Shown: positions 43,520 to 51,767 of the stretch, piece by piece
How positions within the stretch are numbered: position 1 is the stretch's first letter
Layout of the letters: each line of letters begins with the position of its first letter
Assembly (NCBI GenBank): GCA_049297775.1
Contig: JBAQUX010000025.1
Span: 1-56,834 of the forward strand
DNA: 56,834 bases
From: Minisyncoccia bacterium
Lineage (GTDB): Bacteria; Patescibacteriota; Minisyncoccia; Phycocordibacterales; UBA2100
Direction: 5' to 3'
Translations under genes and position numbers: made by a program
The notes under the pieces: model-generated
What the model was told of the DNA's origin: nothing
The model's input: the letters and a program-made list of their open reading frames with translations, nothing else
The model's database searches: none

Positions 43520-45220
43520 GTGCATACAGACAGAACCTCTGTACTGTTACCCACTGGTGGCGGCAGCCCCAAGCAGTCTCCGGCTCATGAGTTTAGCGTT
43601 TCCGATATTGACCCTTTTTTGTTGCGTCTGCACACTCTTAAGCTTGATAGTTATTACGCAGATTTAGCACTTGCATTTGAGTTGCGCAATAGAGTCATGA
43701 CTTGGAATTTTGACGAATCTGAATTATTTGATACAGACGAAGCACCTTCACTTGATGAACTGCGTGCACAAATACAAACGCGCACTGAATTTGTACACGA
43801 TTTTATGTTTAAATTTAACGAAGCTCGCGGGGCACAGACGACTGCAGAGCAAAAAAAGGATATTACTCTTTCTGAAACACAACTTCTTATAGAGAACAAC
43901 AATATTGGTGAGTGGCGAGATAAAGTACTTGATTTATGCGTTGCACTGAAAGGAGGTCTTATTTCAACTGAGCTTGAAGCTGAAATATTCACCGCACTTC
44001 GGCTCGCTCGAAATGCACTTGACGTTACCAATACTGAAAGCCATAAACATTCTTCAGCGAGACTAGCGCTCGTTTCAATCCACGAGAAACTCACGCAGCT
44101 ACAAATTGCTGATGTGCAAAGTCGTAGAGAGCAGGCGAGACACAAAGTGCTCCTATTGCAACCAGTCCGCATTGCTTACGAAAAGCTACATACTGCATGT
44201 GCACGTTTAGTACCTGATGTAGACTCACTTGTGGGACTCGACTTCGCCTCACTTCGAAAGCGAGTATCACCCCAAGAAGTAGGCGCATCACAGATGATTG
44301 ATTTCCGCGAATCACTTGCAATACTAGGCGACTTGAAAAAAATAATCGATGCGCAATACGCAACCAATGATGATTTAGTAAGCGTATTGAAGAGCGAGGG
44401 TCTTGATGATTCAGAGCAACTGAATGCAACAATGGATAGGCGCATTGCGCATCTGCACCAAACACAAACCGACAAGAGTAAGAATTTTGATGATGTTGTC
44501 ACTCATAACGAGACGGCACCTACTATTCCAGAATCAATCCGAAGAAGACCCTTCGTTCGCGCACTCATGAAATCCCTGAGCGCACTTTTTTTGAGCGCGG
44601 TCCCAACTACAGCACTTGAAGAAATTCCTCTGGCAAAGGAAATACCTCGCGCTCCGATATCGAGCACAGTGCTTTCACCACAGGCAACTGTCCCTCAACT
44701 AAGTGTTCCTTCTTCAACATTTTCACTCGAAGGAAAGCCGGTTTTTAAGGAAATCACTGTGCCGAGAGTTGAAAGTAGCAAGCCAGACGCTGTGCCTTTT
44801 TTTGAGACTAAAACGTCACAACCTGATGCACTCAGTATACCTGTCGGAAGTGACGGCACCTACGGATTTAAGAAGATTCTTGAAAAAATTGTCCCGGCGG
44901 ATATTTTTGCTCGTGACAAAGCTATTAACTGGTTTACCCATGCTGTTGTACTTTATGTAAACCAAAACCCAAGAGAGCGCATTTCGCTTCTTACTGGGCA
45001 CACGTTTCCTAACGTTACGGCAACGACCATTCCTGATTACATTGGGAAAAAGGCGGATAAACGACCTGTGACGTTACATTTTCAAAAAATTATGACCCCA
45101 GAATTCTGGACAGCCTTTGATGGTTTCATACAAAAAAATGGAAAAACATTTAAGACAAATCCAGACCTGCAAAAATCCGTAGAACGCATACGAGACAGCG
45201 TGAAATCTTCCATCAGATAG
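43520..45220 (+). CDS. hypothetical 566-aa protein (helical N-half, Pro/Ser-rich linker, globular C-domain)
   Basis: The GTG start follows AGGA. There is a possible single TM helix (LMKSLSALFLSAVPTTAL). No family recognised. Confidence 0.55.
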   Translation: MHTDRTSVLLPTGGGSPKQSPAHEFSVSDIDPFLLRLHTLKLDSYYADLALAFELRNRVMTWNFDESELFDTDEAPSLDELRAQIQTRTEFVHDFMFKFNEARGAQTTAEQKKDITLSETQLLIENNNIGEWRDKVLDLCVALKGGLISTELEAEIFTALRLARNALDVTNTESHKHSSARLALVSIHEKLTQLQIADVQSRREQARHKVLLLQPVRIAYEKLHTACARLVPDVDSLVGLDFASLRKRVSPQEVGASQMIDFRESLAILGDLKKIIDAQYATNDDLVSVLKSEGLDDSEQLNATMDRRIAHLHQTQTDKSKNFDDVVTHNETAPTIPESIRRRPFVRALMKSLSALFLSAVPTTALEEIPLAKEIPRAPISSTVLSPQATVPQLSVPSSTFSLEGKPVFKEITVPRVESSKPDAVPFFETKTSQPDALSIPVGSDGTYGFKKILEKIVPADIFARDKAINWFTHAVVLYVNQNPRERISLLTGHTFPNVTATTIPDYIGKKADKRPVTLHFQKIMTPEFWTAFDGFIQKNGKTFKTNPDLQKSVERIRDSVKSSIR

Positions 45221-45250
45221 TTATACGAGAGAACATACCTATCCATATAC

Positions 45251-45278
45251 AAAAAAGCCTGCGTTATGCAGGCTTTTT
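45251..45278. terminator. bidirectional terminator
   Basis: AAAAAAGCCTGC-GTTAT-GCAGGCTTTTT between convergent genes. Confidence 0.8.
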
Positions 45279-45302
45279 ACACGGCAAGGGGTTTATAGCA
45301 AA

Positions 45303-45575
45303 TTATTCTACAGAAACGATTGGGCGACGAGTGTTTGTTCCGTTAAAATTACCCTTACGCTTTGATCCAAAAACAACTTTCCCAGACTTTGTGGCGTGTA
45401 TCGTGTGGTCCTTACCAATCATAGTGTTTGGTCCAGGAAGAATGCGAGTACCGCGCTGACGCACAATAATTTGTCCAGTATCAACCTTCTCACCGGCGTA
45501 CTTTTTTACACCAAGATATTTAGGATTTGAATCGGTTAGGTTCGCGGCGGAACCGGTAGCTTTTTTAGTTGCCAT
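45303..45575 (-). CDS. rpmA: 50S ribosomal protein L27
   Basis: MATKKATGSAANLTDSNPKYLGVKKYAGEKV...IIVRQRGT. 90 aa. A TATAAT lies 12 nt upstream of the ATG. Confidence 0.9.
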   Translation of the reverse strand: MATKKATGSAANLTDSNPKYLGVKKYAGEKVDTGQIIVRQRGTRILPGPNTMIGKDHTIHATKSGKVVFGSKRKGNFNGTNTRRPIVSVE

Positions 45576-45624
45576 AGTATGTTAAAAATTATATGCCGTT
45601 TAGGAGTGAATCTATCAATCTACA

Positions 45625-45633
45625 TGATAGAAT
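45625..45633 (+). promoter_or_regulatory. extended -10 (TGATAGAAT) 8 nt upstream of ATG 45642
   Basis: It lies inside the longer track ORF (45579). Confidence 0.5.
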
Positions 45634-45641
45634 ATTCTCAA

Positions 45642-46058
45642 ATGGGCTTCGGGAGTATACAACACTACGCACAGAGAATCAAGCGCCGGTACCGTGCAGG
45701 CATATCGCACCTTCGCGTACATATCGCATCCGAGACCGCCGGGCACGTCCTACAGGCACTGATACTCACACTTGTAGGGTTAAGTTCATTTTTCCTAGGG
45801 AGACTATCTGGACAGGAATCGTCTCACGCACAAATTATCAAAGATGTAAGGCATAGAATAGTCTATCTGGAGCCCTCAAATGACCTGAGCGAGGCTTCGA
45901 AACCACGGGGTAAGGTTGTTGCCTCAAAAAACGGTAAGCGATACCATTACCCTTGGTGTAAAGGTGCGTCCACGATTGCCGATAAAAATAAGCGATGGTT
46001 CCAGAGTGAAGCGGATGCCGAAAAGGCAGGGTATACTCTTGCAAGTAATTGTAAATAA
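45642..46058 (+). CDS. membrane-anchored protein with a C-terminal Ada-like metal-binding (sunset-type) domain
   Basis: A TM helix (VLQALILTLVGLSSFFLG) is followed by GKRYHYPWCKGASTIADKNKRWFQSEADAEKAGYTLASNC. Confidence 0.55.
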   Translation: MGFGSIQHYAQRIKRRYRAGISHLRVHIASETAGHVLQALILTLVGLSSFFLGRLSGQESSHAQIIKDVRHRIVYLEPSNDLSEASKPRGKVVASKNGKRYHYPWCKGASTIADKNKRWFQSEADAEKAGYTLASNCK

Positions 46059-46060
46059 CT

Positions 46061-46507
46061 ATGACTGATGAAAAATACATGCGTCACGCAGTAGCTGAAG
46101 CAAAGGTTGCGAAAGAAGAAGGTGAGTGGCCGTTCGGAGCTGTAATTGTTAGAAATAACGAAGTTATTTCAATGGGTCATTGTAGGGAATCCAAGACAAG
46201 AAACGTACTCATGCACGCAGAGACCCAAGCGGTAAGTGGTGCGTGCACTAAGCTCAGTTCAAACAAACTGAACGATTGCGTTATCTATTGCACAAACGAA
46301 CCGTGCCCGATGTGTGCAGCAGCTATATTTCAAGCAAAAATTGGACGTGTGGTTATTGGTGCGACACGAGACGACCTCGCACACTTGTTTAGAAAGCGCG
46401 CCCTATCTATTAATGAACTTGCGCTCGATTCCGGATACCCTATAGAAATTACGCGCGGCATTTTAAAAAATGAAGTATTAGATTTATTTAGCAGTATTAC
46501 AAAATAG
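46061..46507 (+). CDS. CDA-superfamily nucleoside/tRNA deaminase
   Basis: HAETQAV and TNEPCPMCAAAI zinc-binding motifs. 148 aa. It could be TadA-like or guanine-deaminase-like. Confidence 0.8.
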   Translation: MTDEKYMRHAVAEAKVAKEEGEWPFGAVIVRNNEVISMGHCRESKTRNVLMHAETQAVSGACTKLSSNKLNDCVIYCTNEPCPMCAAAIFQAKIGRVVIGATRDDLAHLFRKRALSINELALDSGYPIEITRGILKNEVLDLFSSITK

Positions 46508-46567
46508 AGCGCACGTACTTGGATACAAGTTCATGCAATCTTAATGAAGTTGTACTACACTAGTACT

Positions 46568-47719
46568 ATGACAAAAGATATAACACCACCTTTTATTATC
46601 GAGCGGTTGAAGATTGGTATTCCTCAGCAGGAAATAAAGCAAAATCTCATTTCTGTGGGCTGGACCGAAGAAGACGCAGATGAAGTACTGATGCTTGCGT
46701 TACTTGAGCTTGGGGCGCCAGTGCCAAAAAGTGGCTTACAGACAAAAGCGCGTAAAAATTCATCAACACTAGATATTGTTCTCAACTTTTTTTCATTTAT
46801 ACTTCTGGCGATTTCGGCAACCGCGCTTGGCGTCTTGTACTATCAAATCATAAATAAAATTCTTCCAGACCCACTTCTTTTGCGAACCGGCGTAAGCGGA
46901 TTCTCGACAAGTACACTTCTGTACGCAATTGCGGGTCTGGTTGTAGCATTTCCTGCATATGGAGCTTCAGTCTATTACTGGTTCAAACGGTTTAGAGAAA
47001 ATACTGAGCGAGCAGAGTCTAAGCTGACGAAATGGATTACTTATTTAGTAGTCCTGATTGCGTCTGTTACGATTATTGGAGATTTAATATTTGCAGTATT
47101 TTATGCACTCCAAGGAGAACTGACTGCTCGCTTCTTCCTTAAGGCGCTTACGATACTCGTCATTGCGAACGCAATAATCGGCTTCTACTATCTCGAACGA
47201 CGGAAAGTTCAATATGGACAGGATATTCCGCGAAAAGTGTTCCAACTTTTTGGTTATGTTATGAGCGGTGTTGTCGTTGTTGGAATTGTTCTTGGATTTG
47301 TCATGAGCGGTTCACCAAAAACAGAACGTGCGAAAGGCTTAGATATACAACGTGCTACGGACCTGAGTGACCTCGCCGGTTGCATTAATAACTTTACTCA
47401 AGAGCGCAAGCGTTTACCAAAAGATTTGGCTGAGTTGCAATCATCAACAAATTACCAATATTGCGCATTGCGTGCCGACCCCGAAACTGCTATCGCCTAT
47501 GAATACGCAATAATCACTCCAGCAAAGAATGTGTCGGGAGTGTCTGAGGGCGTTTATGAACTCTGCGCAACGTTCTCACTAGAATCTACGAAAAATTCAC
47601 TCACAGAACAACAAAATTCATACTACACAGCACAGTTTGCGAAGTGGGGAATACATCCAGCCGGAAGAGTGTGTAAAAATGAAACTACGGTAATAGCGAG
47701 CGACGCACAAAAAATATAA
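46568..47719 (+). CDS. polytopic membrane protein, DUF5671-like
   Basis: An N-terminal soluble motif (QEIKQNLISVGWTEEDADEVL) precedes TM helices beginning LDIVLNFFSFILLAISATALGVLYYQIINKILPDP. There is a C-terminal domain with Cys residues. Start is ATG 46568 (TACACT plus 6 nt) or ATG 46544. Confidence 0.6.
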   Translation: MTKDITPPFIIERLKIGIPQQEIKQNLISVGWTEEDADEVLMLALLELGAPVPKSGLQTKARKNSSTLDIVLNFFSFILLAISATALGVLYYQIINKILPDPLLLRTGVSGFSTSTLLYAIAGLVVAFPAYGASVYYWFKRFRENTERAESKLTKWITYLVVLIASVTIIGDLIFAVFYALQGELTARFFLKALTILVIANAIIGFYYLERRKVQYGQDIPRKVFQLFGYVMSGVVVVGIVLGFVMSGSPKTERAKGLDIQRATDLSDLAGCINNFTQERKRLPKDLAELQSSTNYQYCALRADPETAIAYEYAIITPAKNVSGVSEGVYELCATFSLESTKNSLTEQQNSYYTAQFAKWGIHPAGRVCKNETTVIASDAQKI

Positions 47720-47743
47720 GCATCTGAGAGTCCACGCAATTCT

Positions 47744-48364
47744 CTAGACAAACTTATGCTCAATCACTGTCTCTAATTCATCAAGAGATCCAATAAGCGC
47801 AAATGGTTTTGCTTCTTCGAGACGCGGTGCGTCATGATAACCCCAAGTCACCGCAATAGATGCTACCCCTGCCTCACGTCCCTCGTTAATATCGCCAGTG
47901 GTATCAGTTACAAAAACTGCATTTTCTGGGAGCACCCCAAACATTTCAAGAATGTATTTAATTTTTACAGATTTTTTATGTTCTTTCGAAGAACCGTGAA
48001 CAGCACTAAAGAGGTCAAGAATTCCATTTTTCTGCAAAAAATGGTCAATCATGTGGTCATTTGTAGACGAGTTTACTGCTAACTTATATTTTTTTGAAAG
48101 CGAGGTAAGTATCTCTTTCATGTGCGGAAAAATCTCTACTTCTTCGTAAAGCTTGTGGTAAGTATCTTGGAACTCTTCACGCGTAAAAAGGCCACTTGCA
48201 ACCATTTCGTCAGTTTTTTCATACGCGTTGCCCACATACAATGCTCGATGTTCATCAATAGTCATTTCAGGAAGATATGTCCTGTACGCTTGAAGCACAA
48301 CTGGTTCCGTATTTGCTATTACGCCATCTAGATCAAAAATAATACATCGTTGTGTGTTGGTCAT
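47744..48364 (-). CDS. HAD-superfamily hydrolase
   Basis: Starting at ATG 48364 (MTNTQRCIIFDLDGVIANTEP), it has a DxD motif I and a later GD..NEGREAG motif. A TATACT lies 6 nt upstream of the ATG. Confidence 0.8.
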   Translation of the reverse strand: MTNTQRCIIFDLDGVIANTEPVVLQAYRTYLPEMTIDEHRALYVGNAYEKTDEMVASGLFTREEFQDTYHKLYEEVEIFPHMKEILTSLSKKYKLAVNSSTNDHMIDHFLQKNGILDLFSAVHGSSKEHKKSVKIKYILEMFGVLPENAVFVTDTTGDINEGREAGVASIAVTWGYHDAPRLEEAKPFALIGSLDELETVIEHKFV

Positions 48365-48459
48365 TGCGAAAGTATAGCTAAATAGTTGTAAATAAACAAA
48401 AAAATTGCCGGGCGGAGCTTGCGCACCGTCCGGCTGTATACAGGCGAGTCCAGTCAAGA

Positions 48460-48918
48460 TTACGACAAGAATATTTTCCCGCTTGCGACCGCTGCTGCAT
48501 GAGCACCCTTACACAGGGCAACGCATGCATCAGCAACCCAACCAGAAAACATCTCATCATTCCATGGCTCGACACCAGATGCCGCTGTAACGATTCCACC
48601 GCGAACGGCAGAACCATAGAACACCGTGTCGCCCCAGACGAGGAGGTCGGGACGCTCTGCTTGCACAAGCGAAGTCGGTAGGCCAGTTCTGAGAGAAATG
48701 CCTGCCTTACTTTTCGCGATGTCTCCGTAGGGCTTTTCCCACAGAGCCTCATTGATGCTGTGTTGGAAGAGGATTTCTCCTCCTCCTACCATTCCTTCTC
48801 GTCGAATCGCGACGACGAGATGAATTGCTTCCCGCTTCACCGAGCCATTTTTCATGGCTGCAATGATTGACGGGAGCGCGAGCTCCACAGCTTTTTCGGC
48901 CATTTCTTTCGTCAGCAC
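48460..48918 (-). CDS. GlcG/HbpS-like (DUF336-type) protein on a G+C-rich islet
   Basis: GSAVRGGIVTAASGVEPWNDE resembles the DUF336 GG...G.SG..DE motif. GAGGAG (48932..48927) lies 8 nt upstream of GTG 48918. Other candidate starts are GTG 48924 and ATG 48903. TTGACA-17 nt-TGAAAT is further upstream. Confidence 0.45.
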   Translation of the reverse strand: MLTKEMAEKAVELALPSIIAAMKNGSVKREAIHLVVAIRREGMVGGGEILFQHSINEALWEKPYGDIAKSKAGISLRTGLPTSLVQAERPDLLVWGDTVFYGSAVRGGIVTAASGVEPWNDEMFSGWVADACVALCKGAHAAAVASGKIFLS

Positions 48919-48978
48919 GTGCACATCTCCTCTGTTGTGGTGCAGCAGGATTTCATCATAAAAAAATTAACTTGTCAA

Positions 48979-49545
48979 CTAACTACCGCTTTGCCAGTCA
49001 GCGATAAACTGAAAAGGATATATAAGGTTTATGATATTGAGCAAAAGTCCATCATGAATTAAGTATCCCACCAGCAACTCTAAAAAAACTGCGAGACCAG
49101 CGACGACATAAAGTGGCAACCGCCATGCAAGAACAAAACCAAAAATCATCGAGAGAGAGTCAGAAAAGGAATTGAGAATACTATCACCGGTATAACCCTG
49201 TGCGAGTGCTTGCATACGATAGTGATTAATTGCCCAAGGCGTATTCTCAATAATTTCCCAACCTGATTCGAGTCCAACAGAAAGAAGTAGCCGTAGTAAC
49301 ACAGGAGAGCGGGGAAATACAGCTGTGATTGCGTAGAAAAAAATAATGCCATGAATGATATGTGAAAATGTATACCAATCTGTAAGATGTTGAGAATTCC
49401 CAATTGAAAGCACAACGCCCTCCCAAAATTTAATATATCCACAGGTGCAGTATGCCGGCTGACCAAATAAGTAGAGTGCGAATATCTGGAGAGCGACAAT
49501 GCCAACTGAAATTAAAATGTATGTGCGACTCGTAAGGTTAAACAT
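48979..49545 (-). CDS. DUF2585 (UPF0314) family membrane protein
   Basis: YCTCGYIKFWEGVVLSIGNSQHLTDWYTFSHIIHGIIFFY matches my recollection of the UPF0314 signature. Confidence 0.65.
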   Translation of the reverse strand: MFNLTSRTYILISVGIVALQIFALYLFGQPAYCTCGYIKFWEGVVLSIGNSQHLTDWYTFSHIIHGIIFFYAITAVFPRSPVLLRLLLSVGLESGWEIIENTPWAINHYRMQALAQGYTGDSILNSFSDSLSMIFGFVLAWRLPLYVVAGLAVFLELLVGYLIHDGLLLNIINLIYPFQFIADWQSGS

Positions 49546-49570
49546 ATAGTATATGATATCACGGGTACTG

Positions 49571-50005
49571 CTATTTAGGTTGTAGAAACGGAGAGATTCC
49601 TTGAGGTATCACACTGTCAATATTATACAGCGGTGGTGGCCATGCGTTCACTGCCATTGCAAATACTACATAAAAAGTAAAATGAATCATGAATGCGTAT
49701 ACGAACCCATTGCGAACCTTTAAGATGAGTGGTGGGAAGATAAGTGTAGAAAGCACCGCAGCAAGGGTCATAAAGCGTGCATACGGGATAGGTGAGTCTA
49801 CGAGCATATACAGAATTGCATGAGCTCCGCCAAACGTAATTGCATATAATGCGAGTGTCTGATGAAATGATTTAAACGTGTGCGAAAATTTTAAAACACT
49901 CACAGTTACCAAAACTTGCTGCAACAGTATGTCTACGGACTTTGGAAGAAAATACCATGGACGCGCAAAAAGAATGTCTGGGTACGACGTGATGACGCTC
50001 GGCAC
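49571..50005 (-). CDS. membrane protein fragment or ORF (downstream part of a possibly interrupted gene)
   Basis: 144 aa. The only start near the 5' end is GTG 50005. It is in frame with the upstream ORF across a single TAA. Confidence 0.4.
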   Translation of the reverse strand: MPSVITSYPDILFARPWYFLPKSVDILLQQVLVTVSVLKFSHTFKSFHQTLALYAITFGGAHAILYMLVDSPIPYARFMTLAAVLSTLIFPPLILKVRNGFVYAFMIHFTFYVVFAMAVNAWPPPLYNIDSVIPQGISPFLQPK

Positions 50006-50023
50006 AAAGACTTTTGTTTGTGA

Positions 50024-50332
50024 TTACAAGTAGAGCAATATCCAAACACACGTGGAAAAGAGTAAGCTGACTATCACTTCAGTCCATATCTGTGTATCAA
50101 CAACAAGCCATGCACTAAATAAATCCCAAAAATAGATGATGCAAAATATAGTCCAGAGTAGAAAATATGCGGCTATAAAAATTGGAGCACTGTTATAACT
50201 TAGGTCTACACCAAACGCTGGCAGAACCAAATAGTACCCAATCATTGAGACACACCAAAACGCACCAATTTTTATAAGGACAACAATGAGTGGCGTATTG
50301 ACATTGTCATGCATTCTCAGTAAGTCATACAT
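50024..50332 (-). CDS. membrane protein ORF (upstream part of a possibly interrupted gene)
   Basis: 102 aa with three hydrophobic helices. It ends at TAA 50026..50024, which lies 18 nt upstream of and in frame with the next ORF. Confidence 0.45.
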   Translation of the reverse strand: MYDLLRMHDNVNTPLIVVLIKIGAFWCVSMIGYYLVLPAFGVDLSYNSAPIFIAAYFLLWTIFCIIYFWDLFSAWLVVDTQIWTEVIVSLLFSTCVWILLYL

Positions 50333-50397
50333 GAAACTTGAGTATACACCTGGTAGTTAAATATTGCGTGAACAGAGAGATGCATTATTTCAATTTG

Positions 50398-50406
50398 TGG
50401 TACTAT
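50398..50406 (+). promoter_or_regulatory. extended -10 (TGGTACTAT) 5 nt upstream of ATG 50412
   Basis: It lies inside the longer track ORF (50364, TTG). Confidence 0.5.
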
Positions 50407-50411
50407 GCAGT

Positions 50412-51008
50412 ATGCTTGTTCTCGATATTGAAGCTTCTGGCCTTGATTACCATAAGGACTCAATACTTTCTCTTGGCGCCCTCGATTTGCACAATCCCAC
50501 GAATCGCTTTTATAAAGAATGTAAAGTATGGGACGGGGCACATATCAATGATGAAGCGCTTGCTGTAAATGGTTTTAGCAGAGCACAGTGCACCGATACG
50601 ACTAAGATGTCTGAGAGCGAGCTCGTCATTCAATTTATTGAATGGAGCCAGCAATTGGGCGACAGAACACTTGCTGGTCAGAACCCTTCATTTGATAGAG
50701 ATTTTTTGAAGGCTGCATTGCACCGCGCACATCAGCCTTGGGATTTTGCACATCGCACAATAGACACTCATTCACTTACATGGATGCACATGATTACGCA
50801 TGGAAAAGCTGTGCCGCTTGATGCACAGCATCGTAGAAGTGCACTTAATCTTGATAGTGAACTAAATTACTGCGGTATTCCCGCTGAGCCTCATCCGCAC
50901 AATGCATTAACCGGTGCTCTGTGTCACGCAGAAGTTATTTCACGCCTACTCTATGGAAAAAGATTGCTTCCGGAATTTGATGCGTTTGAAATTCCTTGGA
51001 TTGCGTAA
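50412..51008 (+). CDS. DEDDh 3'-5' exonuclease (DnaQ/epsilon-like fold)
   Basis: Exo I is LVLDIEASG, Exo II is GQNPSFDRDFL and Exo III is HNALTGALCHAEV. Confidence 0.75.
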   Translation: MLVLDIEASGLDYHKDSILSLGALDLHNPTNRFYKECKVWDGAHINDEALAVNGFSRAQCTDTTKMSESELVIQFIEWSQQLGDRTLAGQNPSFDRDFLKAALHRAHQPWDFAHRTIDTHSLTWMHMITHGKAVPLDAQHRRSALNLDSELNYCGIPAEPHPHNALTGALCHAEVISRLLYGKRLLPEFDAFEIPWIA

Positions 51009-51016
51009 ATATAATA

Positions 51017-51050
51017 TAAAAAAGGGGCAACCGCTTGCGCAGCTGCCCCC
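51017..51050 (-). terminator. rho-independent terminator for the NYN gene
   Basis: On the minus strand: GGGGCAGC...GCGGTTGCCCC followed by TTTTTT. Confidence 0.65.
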
Positions 51051-51070
51051 GGAGTCACATTGCGGAACGA

Positions 51071-51583
51071 TTAGGTCCTTTGCCGTTCAATCACCTTAGC
51101 AATCCGATCAAGCTCGATGAAGTCATCTGCCGTTCGGCGAAGAAGATCATCTACTGTCGGTGGTTCGGTAACCAGGCTCGAGACCAGCGTCACAACTACG
51201 CCTTGGCGCTTTAACGCCTCAACGAGAGCAACGTATTCACCGTCCCCAGTAAAGAGAACAATGTGATTGATAGTCTGTGCAAGCTCCATGGCCACTACTG
51301 CAAGCTCAACATGCATTGAGCCTTTACGTCTTCCATCGGACCGCACCTTCGCAGGTTTGGTTACCATAGAGAAGCCGTTATACTCCAACCAGTCGGCAAG
51401 AGGCCGTAGGGAGGAATACTCACCAGTGTCCTCGATGAGAGTGAAGTAATATGCTCTGACGAGCAGACTACCTTTCTCACGTCGAAGCCATTCCAGCAAG
51501 CGCTTGAAGTCCACGTCGAACCCAAGCGCCTTTGACGTGCTGTATAGAGACACGCCATCTATCAGTGCTACGATTTTATACAT
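51071..51583 (-). CDS. NYN/LabA-like (PIN-fold) domain protein on a G+C-rich islet
   Basis: Motifs IVALIDGVSLY, VRAYYF and HIVLFTGDGEYVALVEALKRQGVVV are present. GGAG lies 8 nt upstream of ATG 51583. One hand-counted line gives about 55% G+C. Confidence 0.7.
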   Translation of the reverse strand: MYKIVALIDGVSLYSTSKALGFDVDFKRLLEWLRREKGSLLVRAYYFTLIEDTGEYSSLRPLADWLEYNGFSMVTKPAKVRSDGRRKGSMHVELAVVAMELAQTINHIVLFTGDGEYVALVEALKRQGVVVTLVSSLVTEPPTVDDLLRRTADDFIELDRIAKVIERQRT

Positions 51584-51751
51584 CGCGCACACTCCATTGC
51601 CGCACTTAGGAAATCCAACACACCTGATCAGGGTATGCGACTCGCTGGTGGCGGTTGGTTACCAACAAGTTTTTATATTATAACATAATTATTCATATTG
51701 TCTATCCTCCATAATTATGTTAAAGACACAGTTACTAAGCCATATTAATGA

Positions 51752-51760
51752 TGATATACT
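51752..51760 (+). promoter_or_regulatory. extended -10 (TGATATACT) 7 nt upstream of ATG 51768
   Basis: It lies inside the longer track ORF (51717). Confidence 0.5.
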
Positions 51761-51767
51761 ACAAAAA

